Source of the DNA: Octopus vulgaris | Taxonomy: Eukaryota | DNA length: 64,000 bases | Direction of reading: 5' to 3' | Assembly (NCBI GenBank): GCA_951406725.2 | Contig: OX597818.1 | Coordinates: 133,300,001-133,364,000 of the forward strand | Shown: piece by piece, positions 11,844 through 24,389 of the stretch | How positions within the stretch are numbered: position 1 is the stretch's first letter | How the letters are laid out: the number at the start of each line of letters is the position of its first letter | The notes under the pieces: model-generated | What the model was told of the DNA's origin: nothing | The model's input: only the letters and a program-made list of their open reading frames with translations | The model's database searches: none | Program-made: the position numbers and the translations under genes

Positions 11844-12280
11844 CATATATACGACAGGCTTCTTTCAGTTTCCGTCTACCAAATCCACTCACAAGGCATT
11901 GGTCGGCCCAGGGCTATAGCAGAAGACACTTGCCCAAGATGCCACGCAGTGGGACTGAACCTGGAACCATGTGGTTGGTAAGCAAGCTACTTACCACACA
12001 GCCACTCCTGCGCCAATCTCAATTTTTCATTTGTAATTTCTAGAAGGATGAGATTTTTGAGGTGCAAGGAGAAATTTATGAGTTGTTCAGCTTCATCATC
12101 AAGTAAATAACTCTTCATAAGGATATATCTTCTTTTATATTTTATATTCTCCAAGTGATATGCTTATGTTTATCTTGATTTTTCCCTTTTTTACTCAATA
12201 TGAAAACAACCCACTCCTTTTGCAGCCAATCTTTATAGTGCCCATTATTCATTGTTGTGCTTGGAGTGGATAAAAAAAAA
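11010..12280 (+). pseudogene. L1/Tx1-like LINE 3' remnant (zf-RVT-like region), interrupted by a SINE
   Basis: ORF 11099-11299 contains ALPVKDKLSKHG...PRC..DEETILHALI, a decayed C-x2-C...ET..H....C zf-RVT pattern. Poly-A at about 12272. The right boundary is tentative. Confidence 0.6.
11602..12014 (-). mobile_element. SINE family A, full length
   Basis: Near-identical to 434-827. Short TSD AATCTC. Confidence 0.92.
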
Positions 12281-12282
12281 TA

Positions 12283-12338
<56 letters not shown>

Positions 12339-12497
12339 GCTATTTGTTATTATTAAGAATTGTTATTTGCACTATGTACAATGAGATCTGAAACAAGGCA
12401 TTGCAAATTCATTCTTAATAAATCTTATCAAATTTGAATGCAAATATGCAATGTGTTCATAGTATACTTGGATATGATTTTAATATGTGTACATGCC

Positions 12498-12634
12498 ATG
12501 GGATTCTTTCAGTTTCCACCTACCAAATCCATTCACAAGGCATTAGTCAGCCCAGGACTATAGTAGATGACACTTGCTTAAAATGCTACGCAATGGTTGG
12601 GAAGCAAACTTCGCCACACATTCATGCCTGTACC
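12498..12634 (-). mobile_element. SINE family A, diverged 5' fragment
   Basis: TTCTTTCAGTTTCCACCTACCAAATCCATTCACAAGGC matches family A. Confidence 0.7.
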
Positions 12635-13498
12635 TACATGTATTAACTAATCTGCTACCAGGAATAAAGTAAAATTATTAGATTAATTATATGATAAGAT
12701 AGAAAGGAAAGTAGTACACTTAACTTCAAATACAGTTATTTTTCAAACATTCTTCACAATCAATGCACAAGAATAGATAAATAATGCAAGAAGCAAAGCA
12801 GTCCTAATATAAATATTAAAGTATCTATCTGTATATCTATGTATCTATGTAAGCATGTATGTATATATATATAGACATACAAATGCACACATACAAGATG
12901 TTAAAATGAAAGAAAAGAAAAATAACAGATATTTAAATTGAATGATTGAATTAAGCAATGAGTGTCTATTTAACATATTGCACTAATACTATAGACAGGA
13001 ATTTGATTACTGCTTCAGTTTACACTTTAGTACTGAATTAGAAAAACTGAGCTGCTTGCAAAATAAAATACATAAAGAAGAAAATAGAACATTCAAACAC
13101 TTCTCGAAAGAATCTGAATTGTTTAAAGATTTAAAAAAAAAAAATATATGCAAATTAGTTTAAAATTTATGTCGTATATTTCTAAGAAAAGTCAAGATAT
13201 TTGAGAAAAATTAAAACATCAAAAATCATTTCAAATTAAAATTTAAAATTTCTTATTAAAAGAAAATCTACTTTGGAATTAATTGCGTGCACTGATAGAT
13301 ATAACTGCATACAAAAGAAAAAGAAAAATCAAAGATTCTGTAGCACCATTCCAATATCACTAAATGAAAAGAAACAAATCTTGGGAAGTTCAAGGAACAT
13401 AAGTGCATACAATAAAATAGCCATATGTGTGCATGTATATATATATATATATATATATAAATATATATGTGTACATATTTTATATGTGTGTGTATATA

Positions 13499-13551
<53 letters not shown>

Positions 13552-13586
13552 ATTATATGAATATATAAATACGTATTTATAATTAG

Positions 13587-13822
13587 TGGAGGTGTGTGGC
13601 GTAGTGGTTAGGATGTTGGACTCATGATTGTAAGATTGTAGTTTTGATACCTGAACTGGGTGATGCATTGTGTTCTTGAGCAAAACATTTCATTTCACAT
13701 TGCTCCAGTGCATTCAGCTGACAAAAATGAGTCATCTTGTGATGAATCAGCATCCCACCCAGGTGGGGAAATATATACGTCATGAAACTGGAAATTGACC
13801 CGTACGAGTCAGTATGACTTGA
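13587..13822 (+). mobile_element. SINE family D with BovB/RTE-like tail
   Basis: Head GTGGAGGTGTGTGGCGTAGTGGTTAGG and TGTGTTCTTGAGCAAAACA. Tail ...GAGTCAGTATGACTTGA. Confidence 0.7.
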
Positions 13823-14338
13823 CCTTCGAAACACGCTGGAGTTGAACTAGGGACAGCTGATGAAGGGGATTTTTCCTTGTGTAGTTTGTCTTGTACTCTG
13901 TTTTTTTCGTTTAGGTCCGTTTCCACGTTTGTTTTTATGTTTTCGTATCTCGTTGAGTTCTACGTCTATTTGTGGTGTCCTGTACTCACGTATATATATT
14001 TATATATGCATGTATATATACATGTAGATGTAGGTACATACATATATGTATGTATGTATGCATATATTTTATTTATTACACTATATATATATATACAAAT
14101 CTTTTTGGATTCACCAAAAGTGATAGATTATAGGACTCAATGCAATTGTAGAATATTTAATACATTATAACCGAAAGACTTGGATTTCCAGAACTCAAGA
14201 GTAGCTCATTTCCAATCATCACCTGTTTAATCAAACCTGGTTTTCTTTTGAACATCCACTGAATTATTTTGGAGCAGCAACACAATTTCATAACTTTGAT
14301 AGTATGGAGTTTATGATGTTTATAATAATACCACCACA

Positions 14339-14864
14339 TTTTTTGAGGTTCGTTTTCAGGGAGTCCTTGTAGCGTTTCTTCTGGCCTCCTTTTGTACGCT
14401 TGCCGTCTTTGAGTTGGGAGTAGAAGATCTGTTTGGGAAGTCGTTCGTCAGTCATTCTAACCACGTGGCCGCTCCATCTTAGTTGGTCTTTGATGACATA
14501 GGCTTCGATGCTGGTCATTTTTGCTTCTTGTAGCACGCTGACATTAGTTCTTCTGTCTTCCCAGCTGATGTTAAGGATCTTCTGAAGACAGCGTTGGTGA
14601 AATTTCTCGAGCGTTTTCAGGTGGTGACTATACAGGTTTCGGATATCGTAAAGGAGGATTGGAATAATGACTGCCCTGTACACCATGAGATGACAGAAGG
14701 AGCGCCAACAACAACCACGCGCGACTCTCCCTTCTGGCACTAGATGTCCGCACTGTGACCGATCTTTTCAAGCAAGAATTGGTCTTATCGGTCACCTACG
14801 GACTCACCAGTAAATTCGCGCGAAGACCATCATCCTCGACCTTGAGGGATTGCCATCATCAATC
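14339..14864. mobile_element. RTE-clade LINE 3' fragment with 5' inversion (minus 14339 to ~14689, plus ~14687 to 14864)
   Basis: Minus: LMVYRAVIIPILLY...QLRWSGHVVRMTDERLPKQIFY...QKKRYKDSLKTNLKKCG. Plus: CPHCDRSFQARIGLIGHLRTHQ* and an RTE 3' tail. TSD AATACCACCACA at 14327-14338 / 14865-14876. Confidence 0.9.
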
Positions 14865-15290
14865 AATACCACCACAAGAACCAGAAATTAAACCAAAACT
14901 ATGAGCTTGAAGGAGCTGTTTGCACATAGGTTATTCACAAAGGTTTTTAAATGAATGAACATATGGATAAGTATTTCCTTCAAACTTTCATTTCATATTT
15001 CGAAAAACATATTCAGAGAATGGATAGTCAAAAGAAAACCAGGCTCAGTTTACCAGCTGATGATCAGAAATGTGTAAATCTGAGTATTGGAAGTCAGAGT
15101 CTTTCAGTTGTAATATATATATATACATATTCAATTCTCTTTTTGCATGGCGGATATGTTCCAGAGACTACCATGCAAAATATACAGTGTACATATGAAA
15201 ATTAGAGGCAGGTTCCATCCAAACGTATTTAATAAAAAAAAAATGTTAATTTTCATATGCAAATACATTGAATTTTTTATTTGTACATAC

Positions 15291-15671
<381 letters not shown>

Positions 15672-16522
15672 ATCATTCAGTCATTCTCTGTCACTACTAG
15701 GCAGTAAACGTGCCTGCTTTCTGTTGTTCTTCAGTGGCGCAAAATCACTCTCATCACTGAAAGTATTTAATGGCAATATATCTCCATGGGTATCGTGAAT
15801 AAAATTAACACCTTGTGTTTCTTTTGTTTCACTGGTTTTGAATACGAATTCGGTTATCAGCTGCTGTGATTTTGCTTTTGTTAGTTCTTTACATGATCCT
15901 TCATAACATGTCATAATCATTTTGAAATCACGTTGGAGTTGCACAACTCGTTCAACATAGTTATCATTTCTAAGAAAATGGTTTCCAAGTTTATTGGCTA
16001 TTTGGAAGCCTTCTAGAATTGTACTTGCAGATAGTGAAACCACTTTTTCATCATCGCTACTATAAACTAATGTGGAATCATATACACTCCCTGAAATACT
16101 CTCTATAATTTGTTCTTCATTAAGAGCTTTGTCAATTGTTGATTCTACAATATCTTCAATTATTAATCCTTCAAAACCTTCTCTGCCAATCTGATGTGAC
16201 AAAGTGATGATATCAGAATGTAATTCGTTCCTGTTTATATTAGATATGAGATTTTTAGGCTTTACACATTCTCACCAAAGTGATCTCCAGCATGCATTTA
16301 GGGTGGATGGTTTCAATTTGGATAAAGCCAAGACAACATATTTAACACAATTATAGTAAATTTTTTCCATGCTTGAATGATTGAAAGAGTACCATCTTTT
16401 TCTAGTTCACCTATGATATATTCAAATGGTCGCTGGATATATGATTTGAATGTTGAAATTATACCCTGATGAAGTGGTTGAATCATTGATGTTGTATTAG
16501 GTAGTAAGAATATGACTTTTAC

Positions 16523-16752
16523 TCATTATTTACATTATTTATATTTGACAGATATTTGTCCTCTTCTTGTTTGTTGTTAACACAACGTTTCGGTCGATAT
16601 ACCCTCCAGCCTTCATCAGGTGTCTTGGGGAAATTTTTAACTTGGGTTCTCATTCCTTAGGAAACGTTGTGTTAACAACAAACAAGAGGAGGACAAATAT
16701 CCGTCAAATGTAAATAATGTACATAATTCCTCATCTCTTAAATATAGAACTG
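16523..16752. mobile_element. Penelope-like inverted pLTR insertion in the Tigger transposase
   Basis: About 60-bp inverted arms (16531-16591 / 16661-16721). TSD TA(T/C)GACTTTTAC at 16511-16522 / 16753-16764. Removing it restores the NVKVIF reading. Confidence 0.85.
16579..16624 (-). ncRNA. Minimal type-I hammerhead ribozyme (dimer type)
   Basis: GACAC-CUGAUGA-AGGCUG..CGACC-GAAA-CG-UU-GUGUU. Stem I is 5 bp and stem III is the palindromic ACGU. Confidence 0.7.
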
Positions 16753-18186
16753 TACGACTTTTACATTAGGTTGTTCCAAATCTGGATGACCAGGTGTGTT
16801 GTCTATAAGTAAAAGGACTTTAAACTCAAGACCTTTATCTTCCATATATCTTCTTATTTCAAGAACAAAGCAGTTGTTAGACCATTCAGTAAATATTTCT
16901 TCAGTCATCCATTTTTATTGGCTCTCCAATGAACAGGCAATTTACTTAAGTCTACACCTTTCATTACAGACAGACAAACTGATCAATTAATTAATAAGTG
17001 CTTTAATAAACAATCTCCTGAAGCATTGCTACATAACAAGAAAATTACATGGTCTTTAGCTGCCTTAAAACCACTGGCACTTTTCTCTAATTTTGCTATA
17101 TACATTCTGTTTGGCTTTTTCTCCAAAAGACATCAGTTTCATCTGCATTAAAAACTTAGTCTGAAATGTAACTGCCTTCTTCAATTATTTTGGCTAGTTG
17201 TCGAAGGAATTCTTCAGTAGCAGTTTTATCTACCGATGAAATTTCATCTCCCATCTTTATATTATGCAGTGTGTGTCTTTCAAGGAATTTTGTAAGCCAT
17301 CTCATACTTGCAGCACATTCATTCTTCCTTTTATCACTAGACAGATGTAATGCACTTGATGACTCCAGATCATTAATCTTCTTGTAATCTGTTTTAGGTA
17401 TCCTTTTTTGGTTGTTTTCTTCTTTCCATATTATTAACGGTTTCTCCATTTTTTTATTGAATCATATCCCTTGTATATGATGACGACTTGGCTGACAATT
17501 TTGTTCCAGAAGCTATAGATCTTCTAATGATGGCATCATTCCATTTGATCATTCTTATCGTAGCTTCATTCAGGCAGAAAGCTCTACCCAAAGATGTTGC
17601 ACTTTTGCGCTTATGAAGACAATCCAAAATATTGATCTTGGTTTCCAAAGAAATTGATGCTCTTTTATTTTTCTTAGATGTATCAAACAACATTTTGGGG
17701 TAGGTTATCACTACCATGATCGCAAATAAAAAATATAGCAGAGGATTAAACACGCAACATGTCTTTCGTATTAGACCCAATGCTAATGACTGCTGCCGCA
17801 TGCCATCTGATGGAGTGGTTACACACAGCGAGAGGTATGTACAGTGCATAGGTCCCACCCGCACCAGAGAGTGGGGGATCACTGTATGGAAAAAATAGAT
17901 TGGATTCTATTTTACTTTGCTAAATTGTTACTTAATCATGCTATGTAAAGTCTCAGCATTTTGTAAATTATAATTGATTGATGTTACTTCATTGTTTACT
18001 TGCCACTTGCAATAAATTCAGTGGTCACACAAGTACAGCTGTTTAAAGCATGTTAAAGTAAAAACAAATACTGCAAACAAATAATCGGTTCTTTTCGTTA
18101 AACTATGTTATTTCAAAACCGTGCCAAAAGAAAATTGAGTGTGTGTATGTATGTATATCTATATATATATATATATATATATATAC

Positions 18187-18705
18187 ATGGTGGCTGCCTC
18201 CTCGTTATCGAGTATGGCCATTGCACGAAGCTTAATCAATGTTGTTATCGTGCAATGCCTGTGCAAGAAGATTTTTTTTAACCCCTTACCCGGCAGAAAC
18301 GAATATATGCGTTTTGACCTAAATTGGTTTTTACTATCTCTGGCGAGTTAACTCGTCACAAGATAGACTCACCAAAATCGACAATTAAAAAAGAAAACAA
18401 TTAAAAAATATGTCTGAAAAAATACATTTATTTTCAAAATAATTGTTGGGTAAGGGGTTAAAGTGAGGAAAGGCTTTGCACTGAGTCAATCTCACTCACT
18501 AATCAACAGCAGCCATAATCCGAAAAGAAGAACAAGTCAACATGATCGGTAACCACTGAACCGCAGATTTTATTTCGGAGTTATCCCAGTTACCTGTGTT
18601 ACCTTCTCCTAGAAGGATGCCCTAACAAAGGCTAGGAGTCCTTCACTCCCAATGATTTAACCGCGCGATCAGGTATTCAGTTTGATTATTTCTATGTCCC
18701 CGTGC
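18187..18705 (-). mobile_element. Non-autonomous RTE-derived element (5' UTR fused to 3' tail)
   Basis: Minus strand has CCTAGCCTTTGTTAGGGCATCCTTCTAGGAGAAGG (RTE 5'-UTR-like motif) and ends ATGGCCATACTCGATAACGAGGAGGCAGCCACCAT, resembling the RTE tail at 14823-14860. Confidence 0.55.
18282..18457. mobile_element. piggyBac-like MITE (176 bp)
   Basis: Perfect TIR CCCCTTACCC / GGGTAAGGGG with TTAA on both sides (18278-18281, 18458-18461). Confidence 0.85.
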
Positions 18706-18714
18706 ATGATACAT

Positions 18715-19043
18715 GATATGGCTCTGTGGTTAAAGTGTCAGACTCACAATCACGAGGTAGTGTGTTTGATTCCTGGATTGGGCTGTGTAATGTGTTATTG
18801 ACCAAGACATTTCATGTTGTTCCAATTCACTGAGCTGTAGAAATGAGTTGCAACATCACTAGTGCCAAGCTGTATCGGCCTTTGCCCTTTTCTTGGATAA
18901 CATCAGTGGCATGGAGAGGGGGACTGGTATGCATGGGTGACTACTGGTCTTCCATAAACAACGTTGCTCAGACTTGTGCCTCACAGGGGAAGTTTCTAGG
19001 TGCAATGCCATGATCATTCATGAACAAAGGAGATTTTTTACCC
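18715..19043 (+). mobile_element. SINE family D
   Basis: tRNA-like head TGGCTCTGTGGTTAAAGTGTCAGACTCAC. Reverse-complement similar to 46915-47276. Confidence 0.75.
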
Positions 19044-19063
19044 TATATATATACACACTCACG

Positions 19064-19130
<67 letters not shown>

Positions 19131-19339
19131 TATGTCAGATATTGGTCTTGCACTACTGGTAACATATAAGACAGTACAATTTGCTGCATGGTTGGATCAC
19201 TGGCAACTAAACTGGCAACATTGCTAAGCAAGCTTGGTGAGGTCACTCAACAGGATGAAAAACAAGACCTGTCAAAGGGTGGGAGAACGTAGGAGAGTCA
19301 ACAGCAGAAAGAAACGGAATTCCTAAGGGACATTTTGTG

Positions 19340-19510
19340 TTTTCATCCAGAATAGAAATGAGCATCATCCTGCCATGTGATCAGCTTGAAAAATTATTAA
19401 TATATTAAGATCGTTTTCTTAACATGAAACCAATGGTAGCCTTAATGCACAAATAAAGAAATTTTATCTACCAATGCAGTGTTGAGCATTCATTCTCATC
19501 ATTCGACACA
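19340..19510 (+). mobile_element. Solo PLE pLTR fragment (same family as 20140-22145)
   Basis: GTGATCAGCTTGAAAAATT...CATGAAACCAATGGTAGCCTTAATGCACAAATAAAG...AATGCAGTGTTGAGCA matches 22003-22125. Confidence 0.75.
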
Positions 19511-19783
19511 TATACATTTATATATATATATATCTATAATAATAAATGGCAAGTTTGTGTTTGTGAATTTGTTACTTTAATTCTTCCGAGACTATTCAAC
19601 AGACCTTGATAAAACTTGACATGTGTGCGTGTGTGTGGGGGTCTTATGTCCATGCGGTCACTTATGCACTAGAATTTTTAATCAGAATCGATTTTTAATC
19701 AGAATTGAATTTTCAAATACCGTAAAATTTCAGCATTTTTCACACAAGCCATCATGACATCAAATTGATGAAACATGCCGAAA

Positions 19784-20125
19784 TCATCATCATCATCATT
19801 GTTTAACATCCGCTTTCCATGCTAGCATGGGTTGGACGATTTGACTGAGGTCTGGTGAACCAGATGGCTGCACAAGGTTCCAGTCTGATCTGGCAGAGTT
19901 TCTACAGCTGGATGCCCTCCCAAACGCCAACCACTCTGAGAGTGTAGTGGGTGCTTTTATGTGCCACTGGCATGAGGGCCAGTCAGGCGGTACTGGCAAC
20001 GACCTCGCTCAAATGTTTTTTCACATGCCACCAGCACAGGTGCCAGTAAGGCGATGCAGGTAACGATTAAGCTTGAAAGGTGCTTTTTATGTGCCACTGG
20101 CATGGAAGCCAGTTTGTTGCTCTGA
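19784..20125 (-). mobile_element. Family C repeat
   Basis: (CAT)n-TGTTTAACATCCGCTTTCCATGCTAGCATGGGTTGGACG and internal GGTGCTTTTATGTGCCACTGGCA sub-repeats. Confidence 0.85.
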
Positions 20126-20659
20126 CATATATATATATCCTTATTTGTGAATTAAGGCTACCATTGATTTCATGTAAAGAAAATTAAGAAGATATCCTAG
20201 TGTTTTAACAATTTTTCAAGCCAATCGTATGGAGAAAGGTATTTGATTCCATTTTGGAAAACAGTCTCACTTCTTTCACAGGGTTTCTTGTAAATTCACG
20301 TAAATAAAACAATGAATCAATGAGTCATGGGACGTTACTCTTGAGTAGCATCTTTTGGATGTTTCGCTCCCTTGAATTTGTTTTTTTGGGAAATTTTTTT
20401 TGATCAATTTGTTTGCATTATTTCGCATGATTTTGTTTTTGTTCCGGGCCTGGTGTTCTTATACTTGTGTGCTGAGGTAATTCATCATTGGGGCATATTT
20501 CTTCTTTGAGTGAAGTTTGTGTGCTATGTGTGTTCACATTTAGGAAATGGGCTATCCTGGTAGGGTTACCCTCACACATAGTGGGCTCTTCTTTGAAATA
20601 TTTGAGTGTAAAATATTGTTTGTGTATGCAGGGAGAGGTTTCATGTGTAATGCTTAGGC

Positions 20660-20878
20660 CAGTGCTTTTCAAACTTTTTGCTGGAGCGGAACCCCAAGGA
20701 AACATTCCACTGGCTTGAGGAACCCCTGTGCAATAATTTAATAGCCTTATGCACACATATCTGCACAGGAGAATTAAAACTTATTGCCGATTTTAGCAGT
20801 TTTGTAACTTCTTGCGGAACCCCTGGACTCTACTGGCGGAACCCTAAGGTTCCGCGGAACCCTGGTTGAAAACCACTG
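20660..20878. mobile_element. hAT (Charlie-like) MITE nested in the PLE ORF
   Basis: TIR CAGTGCTTTTCAA / TTGAAAACCACTG. 8-bp TSD GCTTAGGC / GCATAGGC. Subterminal GGAACCC repeats. Confidence 0.9.
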
Positions 20879-22008
20879 GCATAGGCTGTTGTCTGTTGAT
20901 TATATAATGTTTAATTTTTCAGTAATACAGAGTTCACATCTGGTATCCCATCCTCTGTAATTTTTGTCTTTAGCAATGATTTTCCATTCTATTTGGGGGT
21001 TGCTTATTCTACTTTCTTTCAATGTCCATATCATATTTGAAAGGGATGTTGCATATTTTTTACTTTTGTCTCTGAATGATGCCAGATGTTGTGTATACCT
21101 TTCCTTGAATGAGTTGCTCATCATTCCTGTGTATGGTTTTTGCTATTCCATTGTGGTCCGTGATCTTGGCCTTAACTATGAGTTCTTTCTCAAGACAGTT
21201 GCTATTTAGAGGGCAGTGGTTTGTTTATCTACAGTTGCATTGTCTTTTGTTGGTGTTTCTGGTGTGTTTATGTTTATTGTGATTGAATATTTTTGTTCCT
21301 ATATTGGGGAGGCAACTATAGTTAACTTTCACAGTATTTCAGATGAAGATCTTGTGGTATTTATGTGAATGTGGAAAGTGATTGTCCATTAGTTTTAAGA
21401 ATTTTCTATGTTAGTGGCTAGATTCATGCTATAAGGTGGATTGAACCAGAAGATTTTCTTCTGTCTGAGCCTTTTTGGTTTATTTATAGTTGATTCAATG
21501 TAGTGTATGCAATTCTTGAAGTTGGACCTTTCTAATACAGTATTATAAATATGGGGGAAGCTTTTTCAAAAGTGTCTTTATTGACAGATAAATTGGAGAC
21601 ATGCCTGCTGATGTTGTTAACTATTTGTTTAATTACAGCTGGTGGGTGGTTGGAACCTATGCCTATGTTCAACACTTCCTCATTCTGTTTGTGGTAGGGT
21701 TTAAATTTTCCTGTGTTAAGATTCATGTCAATGTCTAGAAAGTTGGTTTCTTTAAGGTTTGTATTAATTGTGATTCTTAGGCCTAATTGGATAAATATAT
21801 TGAGTAATTTTTTCCTTTTTCTATATATCATGTCCGTTTTTACTATGCATTACTCCCAGGCCATTGTCCCTACATAAACATGCCACTCTAGTGTAACATC
21901 CCTTTATTCATTGATTCATTGTTTTATTTATGAGAATTTACAAGAAACTCCATGAATGAAACAAGACTGTTTTCCAAAATGGAAGTCTACACCTTCCTCC
22001 AAGTGATC

Positions 22009-22077
22009 AGCTTGAAAAATTGTTAAGACTCTAGAATATATATTCCTACGTTTCTTAGCATGAAACCAGTGGTAGCC
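22009..22077 (+). ncRNA. Type-I hammerhead-like fold with U3-A8 core in PLE pLTR
   Basis: AGC-UUGAAAA-[UGUUAAGA..UCUUAGCA stem II]-GAAA-CC-AGU-GG-UA-GCC. Homologues at 19383-19441 (+) and 20156-20222 (-). Confidence 0.55.
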
Positions 22078-22149
22078 TTAATTCACAAATAAAGAAATTA
22101 TATCCTCTAATGCAGTGTTGAGCACTCATTTCTATTGTTTGACATTTAC

Positions 22150-22228
22150 ATGTGTGTGTGTGTGTGTATACATGTATATATATATACACATGTATATATA
22201 TGTATATATATATATATAGATATACATA

Positions 22229-22290
<62 letters not shown>

Positions 22291-22499
22291 CATATACATA
22301 TATATGTATATATATACATATACATATGTATATATATATACACATACATATATATATACATTTATATATATACATATATATATATATACATTATATATAT
22401 GCATATATATACATGTATATACATGTATATACATATATATATATACATTATATATATATATACATTATATATATATATACATTATATATATATATATGC

Positions 22500-22530
<31 letters not shown>

Positions 22531-22570
22531 CATATATATGTGTATATATGTATATATACACATACATGCA
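22150..22570. repeat. Compound (TA)n/(TACA)n microsatellite
   Basis: Direct reading. Confidence 0.95.
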
Positions 22571-22572
22571 TA

Positions 22573-24389
22573 TCTATATACTACTAAAACTCTCTGATTG
22601 CTTGTTTGTCTGCCATTTAATACAGTCAAACTGGTGCATAATACTTTGAATTAAGTTACCCCTGAAATGTGAATACAATTGGAATAAAAAAAAGTTGAGC
22701 ATAAATCAGACTAAGGATTCCTCAGGTTCTAAAGGTTTGGGGGATATTCATCAATACCCAAGTACCAAATAATGAGAAAATGCTCCGAAAATAACATAAC
22801 CCTAAAAGGGAAGAAACTCTAACCTTTCAATTGTGATCGATGTCTTCTGTAATTTGGAGACAATCTTCATTACCCGGACAAAAGTCTTAATGACTTTAAC
22901 TTGCCAATGAAAAAGTACAAGTTGTTTTTACAGTAAATGTTTCTCTTTTCACTTTTGTTAAACACAATATTTTAATCATTTAGAAATATTTTTAATTGAA
23001 TGTGATTTAAAAAATATAAGTTGTGTACAGTAAGTATTTGTATTTTAGCTTTCGTTAAACAGACAATATTTTAATTTTTTTAAAAATTATTTTCAAGTGA
23101 ATACCACTACAAATTTTTGTTGGCATATTTAAAAATATTTTTAAGTGAAAATGACTTTAAAAATACAAATTGTTTGTACAGTGATTATTTATATTTCAGC
23201 TTTCTTTAAACAGACGATATTTTAATTATTAATGAGTAGGAAAATATTTCATAAAGGACCCTTTCGTACCTCAGTGTGAAATAAGTTTTTTCCACAGGTC
23301 TTTTTTTTTGGGAGCATTCAATGTATCTCACCTCCAAACCTGCCACAAGCCACTTTTCTTCCAGAAAATGGAGTAGTGGTGGGGGCTTCATAATTTCCTG
23401 AGTTTCCCACCAACAAATTTTATATCGCTATTTTCTTTCTTTTCCAGGTTATTTTGCATGCTTTCAATGAATGTGACATCAAAATCATGCATAAATGGCC
23501 CCTTTCCCCAGAAATGGAAAGATTTGGCTGCTATTTCTAGCATGCCCTTCTACCATGTAACAGCTATTTGCAACAAAGACCTGAAATAGCTGTTACATAG
23601 TAGCAAGGCATGACAGAAATAGCAGCCAAATCTTTCCTTTTCTGTGGGAGAGAGCTGTGTACATATGATTTCCATGCCACATTCATTGAAAGCATGAGAA
23701 ATAGCCTGGAAAAGAAAAAGAACTCACAGAAAAAAATCCATTGGTGGGAAACTCGGAGATTCCCAGAAAATATAAGTTGTTTCCCAGAAAACTCAAAGGT
23801 CCCCACCACCCTTCCACCCTCTTCTTTTTCAGAAGGAAGTGACTTACAGCAGGTTTGGAGGTGAGATACATTGAATGCATTCAAAAAAACCCGTGGAAAA
23901 ATTATTTCACACCAAAGTATGAATGGGTCCTTTACAAAATATTTACCCAAGATTGGGACAAGCATGCAAATAGAATTGATGAGACTGATAGAGCAAGGGC
24001 AGAATGTCTGGCTGAACAGAGGGAAAGAGACAGAAGCAAGAGATAAGGAATCAGATGCTCAGGGAGCAGAGCATCTGGCGAAAGAGAGGGAAAGAGGCAA
24101 AAGCAGGAGACCATGATGAATTGGATGCTCATATGAATACACATGGAATAAAACAAATTTCATATAAATCAGACAACAGCTTACCAAGATATACAGTTTT
24201 ACAGGTCCCTTTATAAATAGCCAAACCAGTGCATAATGGGGAAAATGCTTTGAAAGTAAGGTACCATTGAAATGTGAATGCAAATGGAATAATACAAGTT
24301 TTGTGTAACTCGGACCATGGATTCCTGAGATATGTGGTTTTTCCAGGTACCTTGAACTATTGGTAACTCAATGGGTCATGGATAGTCTA

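Larger units (their letters stand above)
15681..17693 (-). pseudogene. Tigger-like transposase pseudogene (CENP-B-type HTHs plus DDE_1)
   Basis: RASISLETKINIL..LGRAFCLNEATIR (HTH), ASMRWLTKFLERH, NADETDVFW, KVLLLIDNTPGHP..NVKVIFLLPNTTSMIQPLHQGII. Multiple stops and frameshifts. Confidence 0.88.
20140..22145 (-). mobile_element. Penelope-like retroelement, 5'-truncated, flanked by inverted pLTRs
   Basis: RT C-terminus FLDIDMNLNTGKFKPYHK..SNHPP (21532-21831). GIY-YIG-region FKERYTQH..CELCITEKLNII..PCIHKQYFTL (about 20590-21124). 20140-20340 is the reverse complement of 21894-22093. Confidence 0.88.

Noticed and set aside
13823-13990. CCTTCGAAAC...CTGATGAAGGGG, a permuted hammerhead-like motif in a PLE-looking fragment
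   Set aside because: Stems I and III cannot be formed convincingly. At most a degraded pLTR.
19890-20110. Spaced short repeats GGTGCTTTT(T)ATGTGCCACTGGCA, superficially CRISPR-like
   Set aside because: Internal sub-repeats of the family C retro-repeat in eukaryotic DNA, with irregular and related spacers and no cas genes.
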